Assembly: GCA_964016885.1 (NCBI GenBank)
Contig: OZ024745.1
Coordinates: 85,374,001 to 85,438,000, forward strand
Source of the DNA: Eledone cirrhosa
Taxonomy: Eukaryota
Direction: 5' to 3'
DNA: 64,000 bases
A program made the translations under genes and the position numbers. Positions 63,720 through 64,000 of this stretch are shown here, piece by piece. The notes under the pieces are model-generated. The model did no database searches and was not told where the DNA came from. It worked only from the letters and a program-made list of their open reading frames with translations. How positions within the stretch are numbered: position 1 is the stretch's first letter; every line of letters begins with the position of its first letter.

Positions 63720-63878
63720 AGTAGTATGTATGTATACGTACATACATATATGTATACAGACGTACAGTAGTATGTATATATATGCCCATACCGGTTTACC
63801 GAACATTTATTATAATTTATTATAATGCATAAGGAAAGTATATACTTTCAGACGTTCAACCATCTAGCTGGAAGGTAT

Positions 63879-63921
63879 ACGATGCTGACGATGGCTAATA
63901 AGCTTGAAACTAGTACATCGT
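63879..63921 (+). ncRNA. Minimal type-I HHR (retrozyme-like family of 45324)
   Basis: acgatg-CTGACGA-tggctaataagctt-GAAA-CTAG-TA-catcgt. Confidence 0.85.
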
Positions 63922-64000
63922 TCCTATGTCAGTGTTGAACAAAAAGGTGACGTGGTTCCTTAACACTGTACGGCGTAATTCGGGCTGTTTGTTTGTTTAC

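Overview
Eukaryotic, very AT-rich, repeat-saturated DNA with no host gene that I can support. The SINE and RTE fragments resemble octopus (cephalopod) repeats; this is an inference. Long (TA)n/(CA)n/(GA)n tracts create most ORFs in the ORF track as artefacts. The elements are: one 2.5 kb hAT (Charlie/Buster-type) transposon with TIRs and an 8-bp TSD; about nine RTE-clade LINE copies or fragments; a tRNA-derived SINE with a 13-bp TSD; one near-intact Penelope-like element (PLE; RT + C-terminal GIY-YIG, 1.2 kb direct pLTRs); and several truncated PLEs. The main unannotated signal, found by eye, is about 35 type-I hammerhead ribozyme (HHR) motifs from about 18-20 unrelated sequence families. They lie in PLE pLTRs and in short non-coding elements inserted in (TA)n tracts, as tandem retrozyme-like units or foldback pairs. 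Most have a palindromic stem III. Several families share non-canonical cores: a compensatory U3-A8 pair (TTGAAAA), U4C (CCGANGA), non-Watson-Crick 10.1:11.1 pairs, or stem II inserts of about 50-110 nt. A local segmental duplication (about 38.2-42.4 kb vs 60.3-63.2 kb) carries different insertions in the same TA tract. All folds are manual and none has been tested for activity.
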